NCBI RefSeq assembly: GCF_035429765.1
Contig: NZ_DAOMFK010000001.1
Coordinates: forward strand, 1 to 60,655
Length of the DNA: 60,655 nt
Direction: 5' to 3'
From: Nocardioides sp.
Lineage (GTDB): Bacteria; Actinomycetota; Actinomycetes; Propionibacteriales; Nocardioidaceae
Of the stretch, positions 46,759 to 56,076 are shown in pieces. The position numbers and the translations under genes are program-made. Under the pieces are notes generated by a model. It did no database searches and was not told where the DNA came from. It saw nothing but the letters and a program-made list of their open reading frames with translations. Position 1 is the stretch's first letter, and each line of letters begins with the position of its first letter.

Positions 46759-47338
46759 CCCTCCCCGAGGGGAGGCTTCGTCGGTGGGGTTGGGACAGGT
46801 GGAGGACCGTGTAGCGGTCCCCGGGCGTGCTCTCGGGCGGCTGCGTGTTCCACAGCGTGAACCGGACCAGCTGCCAGGTGGACGGGTCGATGCCGGCGAC
46901 GGTGCCGTTGACGTTCGCTTCATTCGCAGCGGCCACGGTGTCCTCGACGACCCGGTCGACGAGGTCGGGAAGCGCGTTGCGCGGGTCGACGGGCTCGACC
47001 TGGCGTGTGGCCGCGGCGGGCGCCTTTCCGGGTGCCGGTCCGTTGACGACGGCCACCGTCCGCCACGTCCGGACTGCCGGACGCCCGAAGTCGGTGCGGA
47101 TGCCGTCGAAGCCGGGTCCGAAGAGGAACTGGTTCAGGCCGGTGTCGCCCGCCCACACGTAGAAGGGCGCGTACTGGTTGACCGGCGAACCGTGCTGATT
47201 GCGCTCGCGGATGAGGTAGGCCTTGGCTCCGAGGTCGGTGAAGTCGTCGGTTCGTGAACCGCGGGCCGCGACACGTTGCCGGATGATGTCCATGTCGTAG
47301 TCCGCGGGCAAGGTGATCTCGTACTGCATGAGCTGCAT
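46751..47338 (-). CDS. DUF4865 family protein
   Basis: MQYEITLPADYDMDIIRQRV...KAYLIRE...NQYAPFYVW...DFGRP. Confidence 0.85.
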   Translation of the reverse strand: MQLMQYEITLPADYDMDIIRQRVAARGSRTDDFTDLGAKAYLIRERNQHGSPVNQYAPFYVWAGDTGLNQFLFGPGFDGIRTDFGRPAVRTWRTVAVVNGPAPGKAPAAATRQVEPVDPRNALPDLVDRVVEDTVAAANEANVNGTVAGIDPSTWQLVRFTLWNTQPPESTPGDRYTVLHLSQPHRRSLPSGRAW

Positions 47339-47411
47339 GTGGGGTCCTGTTCGTGTCGGCTGGAATCAACGTGCGGTGTGGGCGGCCCCCACCGTGGGGT
47401 GACGTGGTCGT

Positions 47412-47825
47412 TCATGTGGGCGTCGGCAGTGTGTGCCAGTCGGTGGTGGCACAGAACACGTTGCCCTCCGGGTCGGCGTAGACCCGCCAACGCCCGCGGG
47501 GGTCGTCCCACCGTGGCTCCGCCCCGAGCCCGGCAAGACGGTCCAGATCGGTCGGGCCATCCAGGCGCACGTCGAGGTGGACACGGCCGCCGCAGGGGGT
47601 GAGCTCCTCCGCTGGGCTCACCCACACGTGCAGTGCATCGCGACGGCCCAGGAGCACCGCCTCGGTCTCGCCGAGCGTTCCCTGCTCGATCGCGGCGGCG
47701 TCGGAGGGGTCGATCGGGAGGTCCAGGAGCTCCGACCAGAACCTGGCGAGCTCGCTCGGTCGTCGGCTGTGGATCGTGATCGCGTCGAGATGTGGCACGG
47801 GGAGCTCCTGGGAGTTGATGGGCAT
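47412..47825 (-). CDS. VOC/glyoxalase family protein
   Basis: LARFWSELL, RVHLDV, LGA, WRVYADPEGNVFC. Confidence 0.85.
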   Translation of the reverse strand: MPINSQELPVPHLDAITIHSRRPSELARFWSELLDLPIDPSDAAAIEQGTLGETEAVLLGRRDALHVWVSPAEELTPCGGRVHLDVRLDGPTDLDRLAGLGAEPRWDDPRGRWRVYADPEGNVFCATTDWHTLPTPT

Positions 47826-47863
47826 GACTGAGGCGGGCCGCGCGGCCGTTGCCGACGCCTTGG

Positions 47864-49105
47864 TCACCCGGGGAGGAGCTCATCCTCCATCGGGTCTCGC
47901 GGCAGGAACCCGTCGAGTGCGTCCACGACCAGGGAGGGCTGCTCGAGGGTCGGCATGTGCGGTGTTCCCGGCATCTCCGCGTAGCGGGCGCCCGGAATGT
48001 CGCTCGCGATCCGGGACATGACCTCCGGCGTGGTGGACAGGTCCCGTTCACCGGCCAGCACGAGGGTGGGAGCGCTGAAGCCGGTGAGCTTCCCCTCGAC
48101 GTCGAGGGTCTGGAACGCCCGCCAGGCCGCGGCCGAGTGCTCGGGATCGCCGCGCAGTACACAGTCGCGGGCGTAGCGCACTCCCCAGTCGTTGACGGCG
48201 AGGCCATCGCAGGTGAACCACCGCACCAGCGACGGCGCCACCTGGGCGGCCATGCCGTCCTGCTCGACCGATCGAGCCCGGCCCTCGAAGGTCTCGAACG
48301 CCACGTTGGTGGTGGCCATGAGCGTCATGGAGGCGAAGCGTGCGGGCACGAGCGTCGCTGCGGTCTGCACGATGCCGCCTCCGTAGGAGAGGCCGACGAC
48401 GTGCGCGCGGTCGAGACCAAGGGCGTCCATGACGTCGAACAGGTCGGTGGCGAGGTCATTCATCGACGTGGGCAGCGGCGCCTCGGTGGCCGAGCCGTGT
48501 CCGCGCACGTCGTAGGCGAAGACCCTTCGGCCGACCGCCAGCCGGGCGATGACCGGCTCCCACATGCGCCAGTCCAGGCCCAGGGCGTGCACCAGCACGA
48601 CGGGGGGCCCGGTGATGCCCGCGTGGGCCACGGTGGTGCCGTGGTCGCCGGGACGCACACGATGCAGGGAGAGGGGCTCGGGAATGCCCGCCTCACGGAG
48701 GACCCCGTCGATCACGGTGAGCGCATTGAGCGCGCGCGGGAACCCGGCGTAGACCGAGACGTGCAGGGGGATGCCCCGCAGCTCGGTGGCGGTGATGCCC
48801 TGGCTCAGCGCTGCGACCGTGTGGGCGGCGAGCTGCGGCTCGGTGTCGCCGAGGGCGGCCAGGACGGCGACGGTGGCGAGCTCTCGCTGTCCCATCGTGA
48901 GCTCCGAGCCAGCCAGCGGACCTGCGAACGGCCCGTTCACCAGCCAGTCGTTCATCTGGGGCGAGGCCGCTCGGACAGCACTCAGTGCTTGATCCGGGCG
49001 GCGCGCCATCAGCCGGGCGAAGTGCGCCGCTCCGCGGGTCTCAGCGACGGCGGTGCGTTCGGTTCGGACGTCGTGGTCCCGATCGTGGAGCTCGAGAGGG
49101 TTCAT
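47864..49105 (-). CDS. CMD/AhpD-like domain fused to a PcaD-like alpha/beta-hydrolase
   Basis: N: QRELATVAVLAALG...H...YAGFPRA. C: HALG, YDVRGHG, GLSYGG, GERD.STTP, PHM. Confidence 0.82.
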   Translation of the reverse strand: MNPLELHDRDHDVRTERTAVAETRGAAHFARLMARRPDQALSAVRAASPQMNDWLVNGPFAGPLAGSELTMGQRELATVAVLAALGDTEPQLAAHTVAALSQGITATELRGIPLHVSVYAGFPRALNALTVIDGVLREAGIPEPLSLHRVRPGDHGTTVAHAGITGPPVVLVHALGLDWRMWEPVIARLAVGRRVFAYDVRGHGSATEAPLPTSMNDLATDLFDVMDALGLDRAHVVGLSYGGGIVQTAATLVPARFASMTLMATTNVAFETFEGRARSVEQDGMAAQVAPSLVRWFTCDGLAVNDWGVRYARDCVLRGDPEHSAAAWRAFQTLDVEGKLTGFSAPTLVLAGERDLSTTPEVMSRIASDIPGARYAEMPGTPHMPTLEQPSLVVDALDGFLPRDPMEDELLPG

Positions 49106-49168
49106 CTGTTGTCCTTCCAGAGAGCCAGGTGTCCTGACTTCGATGTGCGTACGGTCGGGAGGTGTGGT

Positions 49169-49510
49169 TCAGGCCGGGACGGGCGCGGCGCTGTCGCGGA
49201 GCGGCAGGGCGAACGGGCCGCGGGTGGGGAGGAAGGCGTGGACGTCGTACGTCGCCAGACCGTCGCGGGTGAACGGGTCCGCCGCGATCAGCTGCTCGAT
49301 GGCGTCACGGTCCGCCGCACGCGCGATGATCACGCCGCCGGTGCGCGGGGCCTGGGGTCCGGAGGCGAGGAACGCGCCGGCGGCGAAGTGCTCGTCGAGG
49401 AACCGCCGGTGCGCCGGCATCGCTGCGTCGATGGCGGTCAGGGGACCGGTGTAGGTGACGATGAGAACGAAGACCAGTCCGTCGCGGGAGTCGTCGCGCG
49501 TGGATGTCAT
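49169..49510 (-). CDS. YciI family protein
   Basis: HRRFL...FLASGP...GGVIIA...DPF. Confidence 0.88.
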   Translation of the reverse strand: MTSTRDDSRDGLVFVLIVTYTGPLTAIDAAMPAHRRFLDEHFAAGAFLASGPQAPRTGGVIIARAADRDAIEQLIAADPFTRDGLATYDVHAFLPTRGPFALPLRDSAAPVPA

Positions 49511-49583
49511 GGTCACCCAGTGTGGGATCACCACCGCTATCGGGTCCAAGACTTGTTGAGGCTTACAGCCATATGCTGTGCTT

Positions 49584-50474
49584 ATGGTGGACAGTAGGCA
49601 GCTGCGGTACTTCGCCGCGGTCGCGCACCGGTTGAACTTCACGCGCGCCGCGGAGGACCTCCTGATCGCGCAGCCGGCGTTGAGCCAGACGATTCGCCAG
49701 CTCGAACGAGAGCTCGGCGTGATGTTGTTCGAGCGCAACACCCGCGGGGTGACCCTGACGCCTCCGGGCGAGGTCCTGCTCCGCGGGGCCCAACGCACGC
49801 TGCGGGAGCTGGAGGTCACCGTCGATGAGGTGCGCAGCTTCGCCGGGCAGGTCACCGGACGGGTCCGTCTCGGTGCCTGGCAGTCCATGGAGGTGCGGCT
49901 ACCGGACCTGCTCGCCGCCTTCCGTCACGAGTATCCGGCCGTCGACGTGGCGGTGAACGAGCTGGTCTCCGACGCGATGCTGGACGGCGTGCGGGCGGGG
50001 ACGCTGGATGCAGCCATGGTGGTGAAGCGCGAGCACGTACCGATGGCGGGGCTGGCCAGCCAGCCGTTCATCACCGAGCCCTACGACCTCGCGGTCGCAG
50101 AGTCGCACGCACTGGCGCAGCGCACGGCGGTTCGCCTGGGCGAGCTCGCCGAGGAGCCGTTCGTCATGCACCGGCCGGGGTCTGCCGTGCGCGACCAGAT
50201 CCTGCACGCCTGTGCAGACGCCGGGTTCCGACCGCGCATCGCCCTCGAGACGGGCGAGATGAGCGCCGCGCGGGCGTTCGTCGCCGCCGGTCTGGGCATC
50301 ACCGTTCTGCCGCGGTCATCACTGGCCAGCGCCGGTCCAGTGGTCCGCATCCTGTCGTTGCGGCCAACGATCCACCGCACCTCGATCCTGGTCTGGCCCC
50401 AGAAGGGCCCACGCTCTGCGGCCGCGGGGTCCTTCCTGCAGTTCGCGCGCGCGAACGAGAACCTGTTGCACTGA
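49584..50474 (+). CDS. LysR-family transcriptional regulator
   Basis: LRYFAAVA...FTRAAEDL.IAQPALSQTIRQLERELG..LFER; divergent from the yciI operon. Confidence 0.95.
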   Translation: MVDSRQLRYFAAVAHRLNFTRAAEDLLIAQPALSQTIRQLERELGVMLFERNTRGVTLTPPGEVLLRGAQRTLRELEVTVDEVRSFAGQVTGRVRLGAWQSMEVRLPDLLAAFRHEYPAVDVAVNELVSDAMLDGVRAGTLDAAMVVKREHVPMAGLASQPFITEPYDLAVAESHALAQRTAVRLGELAEEPFVMHRPGSAVRDQILHACADAGFRPRIALETGEMSAARAFVAAGLGITVLPRSSLASAGPVVRILSLRPTIHRTSILVWPQKGPRSAAAGSFLQFARANENLLH

Positions 50475-50497
50475 GGCCGCACGCGCGAGCGCGGTGG

Positions 50498-51329
50498 TCA
50501 TTCGACGTCACGACCAGCGTGGGTGAGGACGAGACGTCCACGGGTGCAGACCGCAAGGGCGATGGCGACCAGTGCGGTGGCCGCTGCGGCGGCCCAGAGC
50601 ATGGTGTGCTCGGACCCGACCACACCGAGGTAGGAGTAGCTGGCGTCGAAGGAGGCGTGGAACAGGGCGGCGACGACGACGCTCCCGCTTGCGGCGTTGA
50701 CCAGGCCGGAGATCAGCACGCTGGTGGCGACCACCAGGAGCAGGAACGGCGCCACCGGCAGCCCTCACGAGCAGGGGCGGCATGGTCCAGAGCGCGAGGC
50801 CCTGGGGGAGGTGCCAGCTGATCACGCCATGGTCCTGGGCGATCCGGCTGAACCACCAGGCCCACGGTCCGGCGAACAACGCCAGGGTCACCAGGACGAT
50901 GGCGCTTGTGCCGGCGTGGTCGCGGCGGCCCGTGGTACGCATGCCCCCCCGGTCCGCGGCGACGAGGACCGCATGGAACAACTGGTCGGCGACGTCGGCC
51001 TTGTCGAGGTACGACGCACCGGCGGCTCGCGCGACGTCGGCGGTGCGCCGGTCGTTGCCGAGCACGACGGTCGGGAGACCGGCGGGGAGTCCACGGAGCT
51101 GTTCGAGGTGGTTCCCGGGGGTGGCCGGGTCGAGGTCGAGGACGACCACGTCGGCGTCCGTGCCGACCACAGGGGAGGTGGTCGCCGGGCGCGGGCCCGC
51201 GACGTACGACTCCACCACCACGGTGCCGCCACAAGACATCAGCAGGTGCCGCAGGCTGGTCCGCACCCGTTCGTCGGCGGCGACGACGGCGACCCTGATC
51301 GGGCGGGTGGAGGTGTCCAGCGACGTCAC
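50498..51329 (-). pseudogene. Receiver-like domain joined to a frameshifted, internally deleted CPBP/Abi (CAAX protease-like) membrane gene
   Basis: One frame (GTG 51329) gives IRVAVVAAD...DVVVLDLD...YLDK then TM segments; a second frame (50755-50498) gives SGSVVVAALFHASFD (CPBP-type last motif); the catalytic EExxxR segment is absent. Confidence 0.55.
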
Positions 51330-51850
51330 GGTGCGCCTGCCTCGGCCAGCGCTGCGGACGGGGACCGGTGCGCCCGGACCTGGACAGCGGTCACCACGAG
51401 CCGGACGGCCACCATGGTCAGCGCCATCAGGACGAATGCAGCGGTCCAGGCGTCGGCGCCGGTGATCTGATGGCGCATGGAGAACTCGCCGATCGTGCGG
51501 GCGCCGGTATGGGTGGCCCACTGGGCAAAGAGCATCCGGCCGCCGATGGTGGCGACCCAGACTGCGGCGAACGCCGTGCCGGCACTGACGACGAGGTCAC
51601 CCTGGTGGCGGTGCATCCGCGTCATGGCGGCGGCCAGCGTGCCGAGCACCAGACCGGCCCCGATCCCGACCAGCTCGAGCCCGAGGTCGTGGCCGGCCGT
51701 CGGCAGGTCCCGGAGGAACCAGCCGCCGGCGGTGGCGACGACTGCGAGCGGGACGAGGAACGTGGAGCGGGTGATCCGTCGCGTGCCGAAGTTGCGGGTG
51801 AGTACCCAGCCGAGGAGGGCCAGGTTCAGGATCCATTGGGCGGTGGACAT
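51326..51850 (-). CDS. Hypothetical membrane protein (DUF1453/CcdC-like)
   Basis: 5-6 TM, GAAAAGG RBS, GTGA overlap with the downstream gene. Confidence 0.7.
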   Translation of the reverse strand: MSTAQWILNLALLGWVLTRNFGTRRITRSTFLVPLAVVATAGGWFLRDLPTAGHDLGLELVGIGAGLVLGTLAAAMTRMHRHQGDLVVSAGTAFAAVWVATIGGRMLFAQWATHTGARTIGEFSMRHQITGADAWTAAFVLMALTMVAVRLVVTAVQVRAHRSPSAALAEAGAP

Positions 51851-51864
51851 CGTGGTCTGCCTTT

Positions 51865-52005
51865 TCAGAGCTGGGAGGAGCGGTCGCGAGGGACGGAGAG
51901 GAGCGGCCGAGCGGTGCGGCAGGAGCGGGCCCGGCGCTGCTGCTCGGCGTCGGCGACCCGACGCGTGATCTCGGCGTGCGCGAGGAGCGGGTTGAGGTTG
52001 TTCAT
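51865..52005 (-). CDS. Small hypothetical protein (46 aa)
   Basis: MNNLNPLLAHAEITRRVADAEQQRRAR...; GAAGGAAG RBS; below the ORF-track size cut-off. Confidence 0.55.
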   Translation of the reverse strand: MNNLNPLLAHAEITRRVADAEQQRRARSCRTARPLLSVPRDRSSQL

Positions 52006-52085
52006 GGCGACTTCCTTCGGTTCCTGGTGCACCGGTCGGTACATCAGAAGCCTCGCGTCAGAGAGGGGTTCGTCGCGTCGGCACA

Positions 52086-52130
52086 GTGGCCGGACCGGCC
52101 TCGGCGCTGTGGCCGTGACCGGCCTCGGCG
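52086..52130. promoter_or_regulatory. Tandem direct repeat, probable response-regulator site
   Basis: GTGGCCG-GACCGGCCTCGGCG and GTGGCCGTGACCGGCCTCGGCG between the kinase gene and the downstream operon. Confidence 0.5.
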
Positions 52131-52146
52131 TAATGACGTAGACGAG

Positions 52147-53769
52147 TCAGCGGGGGAGCGGCAGGGTGACGGTGACCGTGCTGCCGCGCCCGGGGGCGGA
52201 GTCGATGCCGAAGGTGGCGCCGATGGCGTCCGCGCGCTCGCGCATGGTGCGCAGGCCGAGGTGACCGGGCCGGTCCAGGCGCGGGTCAAACCCGGCGCCG
52301 TCGTCGCTCACGCGCAGCTCGAGGACGGTGTCGCGTTGCTCGAGGTGCACGTCGACGCGTTCGGCCCCGGCGTGCTTGACGGTGTTGTGCAGCGCCTCCA
52401 GGGCGATCCGGTACAGGTGCTCCTCGACGGTCGGGTCGAGCCGGATCCAGCCGCCCGGTCCGTGCACGTCGACGGCGAGTTGCTCGCGGGCGGCGACCGC
52501 GGCGGCCTGTTTGGTGAGTGCCGCGACCAGGCCCTCTGCCTCGAGCGCGCCCGGCCGGAGCTCGAAGATCAGTGCGCGCATCTCAGCCAGCGCGGTCTGG
52601 GTGAGCCCGTGCAGCTGCTCGATCTCGACGGCGACGGGATGGTCCGCGGCGAGGCCGGCACTCTCGAGGTGCCGTTGGGCGGCGCGAGCATGCAGCGTCA
52701 TCGAGAACAGCGCCTGGCTGACCGAGTCGTGCAGCTCGCGCGCGAGCCGGTGCCGCTCCTCGAGCGCGGCGGTCTGCTCTGCGGCCCGGTAGAGGGTGCT
52801 GTTGCGTACGGCGACGGCGGCCTGGTCGGCGAGGGCGGAGAGGTAGCCGCGGTCGTCGTCGTCGAGGTCCTGCCCGGCGGCGAGGTAGACGGCAACCTCC
52901 CCGACCACGACGCCGGAGGCGACCAGCGGGAACAGCACCATGTCCGCCCAGGGCACGTCCCGGACGAGGAATGGATGGACCGGTGCGAGCGACGGGTCGG
53001 CCAGCGCGGTGTCCCGGAAACCCCGGGCGATGCTCCCGTCGTACTCCCCGAGGTCGACCGGGCGCATCCCGCGGATGCGCCACACCTCTTCGAGTGCCTC
53101 GGCGAACCCGGCGCCGAGCACGTCGTCGGCGTAGGCGGTGGCCGGGCGGCTCCAGTCCTCCTCCCAGCACACGATGCTGCACGCGACAGCGTCGCTGGTG
53201 CTGTGCACGGCGTCGACGACTTGCGAGAGCGTGGTGGACAGCGGTTGGTCGACGCTCATCCCGGCGGCGACCTGGGAGAACATCGCGATCCGCGCCTCGA
53301 GGCGCTGGAACGACAGCACCCGGTCGGTGGCGTCGGTGACGATGTCGACGACCCCGACAACCCGGTCGTCACTGAACAGCGGCGCGAACACCACGTCCCA
53401 GTACGTCTCGGTGCCGGGGATCGCGATCCGGTGGGCGGCTTGACGGATCACCCGGCCGGAGAGGGCGGTGTCGGCCAGCAGCTGGACTGCCTCCTCGTTG
53501 CCGGGAATCAGGTCGTTGAGATGGCGGCCGGGCGCGGTGTACTCCGCCGGGACGCCCAGGTAGTGCTCGTAGAACGCCGTCCAGGTCTTGTTGCACCGCT
53601 GCAGGCGCATGTCGGTGTCGAAGACGGCGACGCCCATCGGCACCCGGTCGAAGAACAGCTCGAGGAGCTGGGTGTCGAGCGGGGAGCTGCTCGGCGCGAC
53701 GTCGGCGATCAGCGGCTGCGTCGGCATCGAGGTGCTACGCAGGAAGTCCCGGGACGGTTCAGAGCTCAT
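52147..53769 (-). CDS. Cytoplasmic PAS-GAF-HisKA_3 histidine kinase
   Basis: FDRVPMGVAVFD (PAS), ALADQAAVAV (GAF), ERHRLARELHD, EALHNTVKH, DDGAGF, HLGL; no TM. Confidence 0.9.
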   Translation of the reverse strand: MSSEPSRDFLRSTSMPTQPLIADVAPSSSPLDTQLLELFFDRVPMGVAVFDTDMRLQRCNKTWTAFYEHYLGVPAEYTAPGRHLNDLIPGNEEAVQLLADTALSGRVIRQAAHRIAIPGTETYWDVVFAPLFSDDRVVGVVDIVTDATDRVLSFQRLEARIAMFSQVAAGMSVDQPLSTTLSQVVDAVHSTSDAVACSIVCWEEDWSRPATAYADDVLGAGFAEALEEVWRIRGMRPVDLGEYDGSIARGFRDTALADPSLAPVHPFLVRDVPWADMVLFPLVASGVVVGEVAVYLAAGQDLDDDDRGYLSALADQAAVAVRNSTLYRAAEQTAALEERHRLARELHDSVSQALFSMTLHARAAQRHLESAGLAADHPVAVEIEQLHGLTQTALAEMRALIFELRPGALEAEGLVAALTKQAAAVAAREQLAVDVHGPGGWIRLDPTVEEHLYRIALEALHNTVKHAGAERVDVHLEQRDTVLELRVSDDGAGFDPRLDRPGHLGLRTMRERADAIGATFGIDSAPGRGSTVTVTLPLPR

Positions 53770-54434
53770 CGCGTCGGGCGCCCGGGCTCTTCCACGAGTC
53801 CCTCTCGCACCGCCCACATCGCGGCCTGGGTGCGGCTGGCCAGACCGAGCTTGGCGAGGATGTTGGACACGTGTGTGCGTGCCGTACGCTCGCTGACGCC
53901 CAGCTCCCGGGCGATCTGGCGGTTCGTGGCGCCAGAGGCGATCGCCGCGATGACCTCGCGCTCGCGTGGTGTGAGTGGCGCCTGCTCTCGTTGGGGGGCC
54001 CGCAGCGACGCGGTCAATGCGCGCGCTGCGGCCGGGTCGAGGTGCACCTCGCCGGCGATCGCGGCCCGGATCGCCGCAGCCACGTCCGGCGCATCGGCAT
54101 CCTTCAGCAGGTAGCCCGAAGCGCCTGCCTCGAGCGCGGCCCGGATCTGCTCCTCCTCGATGAAGCTCGTCACCGCGACGACCTCGATCTCCGGCCATCG
54201 CCGCTTCACCTCGTGGGTGGCCGCGATCCCGTCCATCCGCGGCATCGTGAGATCCATCAAGATGACGTCGGGCACCTCGTCGGCACGGTCGAGGACGGCG
54301 ATCTCGTCCAGGGCCGCCCGGCCGTCCGAGGCCTGGCCGACCACGCGCATGCCAGGCTCGACGCCCAAGTAGGCCGCCAGCCCGGTCCGCACGACGCGAT
54401 GGTCGTCGACCAGGAACACGCGGATCTCGTCCAC
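53766..54434 (-). CDS. NarL/LuxR-family response regulator
   Basis: VFLVDDH, MDLTMP, LTPREREV, THVSNILAKL. Confidence 0.93.
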   Translation of the reverse strand: MDEIRVFLVDDHRVVRTGLAAYLGVEPGMRVVGQASDGRAALDEIAVLDRADEVPDVILMDLTMPRMDGIAATHEVKRRWPEIEVVAVTSFIEEEQIRAALEAGASGYLLKDADAPDVAAAIRAAIAGEVHLDPAAARALTASLRAPQREQAPLTPREREVIAAIASGATNRQIARELGVSERTARTHVSNILAKLGLASRTQAAMWAVREGLVEEPGRPTR

Positions 54435-54602
54435 TCTCAGCCCTCCCGGCCCGCCGTGTGCGGGCCCATCTTCCCGGCTTGCTCATCGCGCGCGCAAGAT
54501 TCCCGAATCGGGGGGCACCCCTCCTGCCGGCCGGTCGCTCAGCTGCGCACACCGCAGGATGTGACTCGGGGTCGCGGACCCACACGCACAGAGGTGCCCG
54601 GG

Positions 54603-55202
54603 TCAGTGCCTCACGTCGCTCCCGACTGCGGCGAGGAGCAGATCGGTCGACGTGACGGTCGCGAACTCGCCGTGGAGATTCACCGCGGTGGCGTGAGCGA
54701 GTTCGTCGGCGGTCATGACGGTGCCATCGGGGCCGGTCCTGTCGAACGTGTGAGTGGCGTCGAGGGCGTACCACACCTGGTAGCCGAGGTTGCCTCCGAT
54801 GCGCGCGGTGGTCTCGCAGCAGTGATTCGTGGTGATGCCTGCAATCACGATTCCCGCGATGTCGTGGGCCTGCAGCCACGCGTTCAGGTCAGGGGTTCCG
54901 TGGAAGCTGGAGTTGACGTTCTTGCTCACCACGAGCGCCGGCTCGGCGGTGAGGTACGGCTTGAGTGCGTTCCCGGGCCGGCCGGGATGTAGCGGGCTGT
55001 CGGGATCGTCGGAGTCGTGACGGACATACACAATCGGGAGCCGCGCTCGTGCGAAGCCCCCGATGAGGGCCGCGATGTTGCTGTCTGCCTGGGGGTTGTT
55101 GCGCGGCCCCCATCGTGGGTCCTCGAAGCCCATCTGAACGTCGACGACAACCAACGCAACGTGCGGTCGGAGACCAGCGAGCCTGGCGCCTGATCCGTCC
55201 AT
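54603..55202 (-). CDS. Isochorismatase-like cysteine hydrolase
   Basis: ALVVVDVQMGF, KNVNSSF, GITTNHCCETTAR, DAT. Confidence 0.9.
   Translation of the reverse strand: MDGSGARLAGLRPHVALVVVDVQMGFEDPRWGPRNNPQADSNIAALIGGFARARLPIVYVRHDSDDPDSPLHPGRPGNALKPYLTAEPALVVSKNVNSSFHGTPDLNAWLQAHDIAGIVIAGITTNHCCETTARIGGNLGYQVWYALDATHTFDRTGPDGTVMTADELAHATAVNLHGEFATVTSTDLLLAAVGSDVRH
54876..54933. repeat. Direct repeat copy 2 (within the cysteine hydrolase gene)
   Basis: Matches 46702-46758. Confidence 0.9.
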
Positions 55203-55428
55203 CTTCGTCCTTCGTCTGCGCCGGCGATCGTATGACGACGCTGACGGTAGCGCGGCTCGACTGCCCGCGCCTGCCACCGCGCCAACGTCCGCCCGCGGCC
55301 GTGGCGAACCGCGCGCGGGTGGGCCAGGGTCTCCGACGCCTTGGTGCCCTGGGCTGAGAGGACCTGGGCGCGCCGTCTGCGTGGAGGATCTCTCGGACCA
55401 TGCTTCCTCTTCGGTGACTCCACGTGCG

Positions 55429-56019
55429 TCATCTCGCCGCCACGAAGCTCTCGGTCGACCACCACTCTCGGTAGGTCTCGGAACCGACCAGGTCCTCCAG
55501 GACCCTGGTCTGCGAGGCGTGCGCTCGCAGCGCCCGATGCTTGCGAGCAAGGAGCGGGCCGCTCAGCCTGACCTGCGCCGAGAGTCTGGCGTCCGACGTG
55601 ACCGGTGGGGTGGTCATCCACAAGCCCACTCGATCGTTGAGCTCGCCCCAGCTCCGGTGAAAATCGGGCGTGAGCGTCGCGTACCAGAGCTCCGCGTGCT
55701 GTCCGGTTTGTCGCCACGCCTCCCTGGTCCAGGCCGAGACCGCCCGATGGTCCGGGTGACCGGTCATTCCGTCCGGCCCGAAGGTGACGATGACGTCCGG
55801 ACGCACGTCCTCCATGACGGGCACAAGGTCCGAGGCCCCCTCGGCGAGCGACACCCTGGTGAGGTCACCGTCGCGGTAGGTCAGCCACCGGTGCTCGTGG
55901 ACGCCCACCTGCGCCAGGCTGGCGATCAGCTCGCGCTCGCGCAGCGGCGCCAGGCGCTCCGGCGGAAACGTGCGCCGCTCCCGTTGGGACGGTTGCGGCG
56001 GGGTGGCCGGCCCGAGCAT
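55429..56019 (-). pseudogene. 5'-truncated PIG-L/LmbE-family deacetylase
   Basis: RERELIASLAQVG...YRDG...RPDVIVTFGPDGMTGHPDH...AHASQ present; N-terminal AHPDD metal motif not found in the short space after the OsmC stop. Confidence 0.7.
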
Positions 56020-56076
56020 GCCCGGGGCATGATGTCCGCGCCGAGACGGCCGACGCGGAGCATCATGCGGGTCGCT

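Noticed and set aside
47864-49105. Assigning pcaL/pcaCD
   Set aside because: Reversed domain order and no beta-ketoadipate pathway context
55203-55428. Possible gene remnant or structured RNA between the hydrolase and the PIG-L fragment (also 57401-57573)
   Set aside because: No recognisable protein motif or RNA family signature
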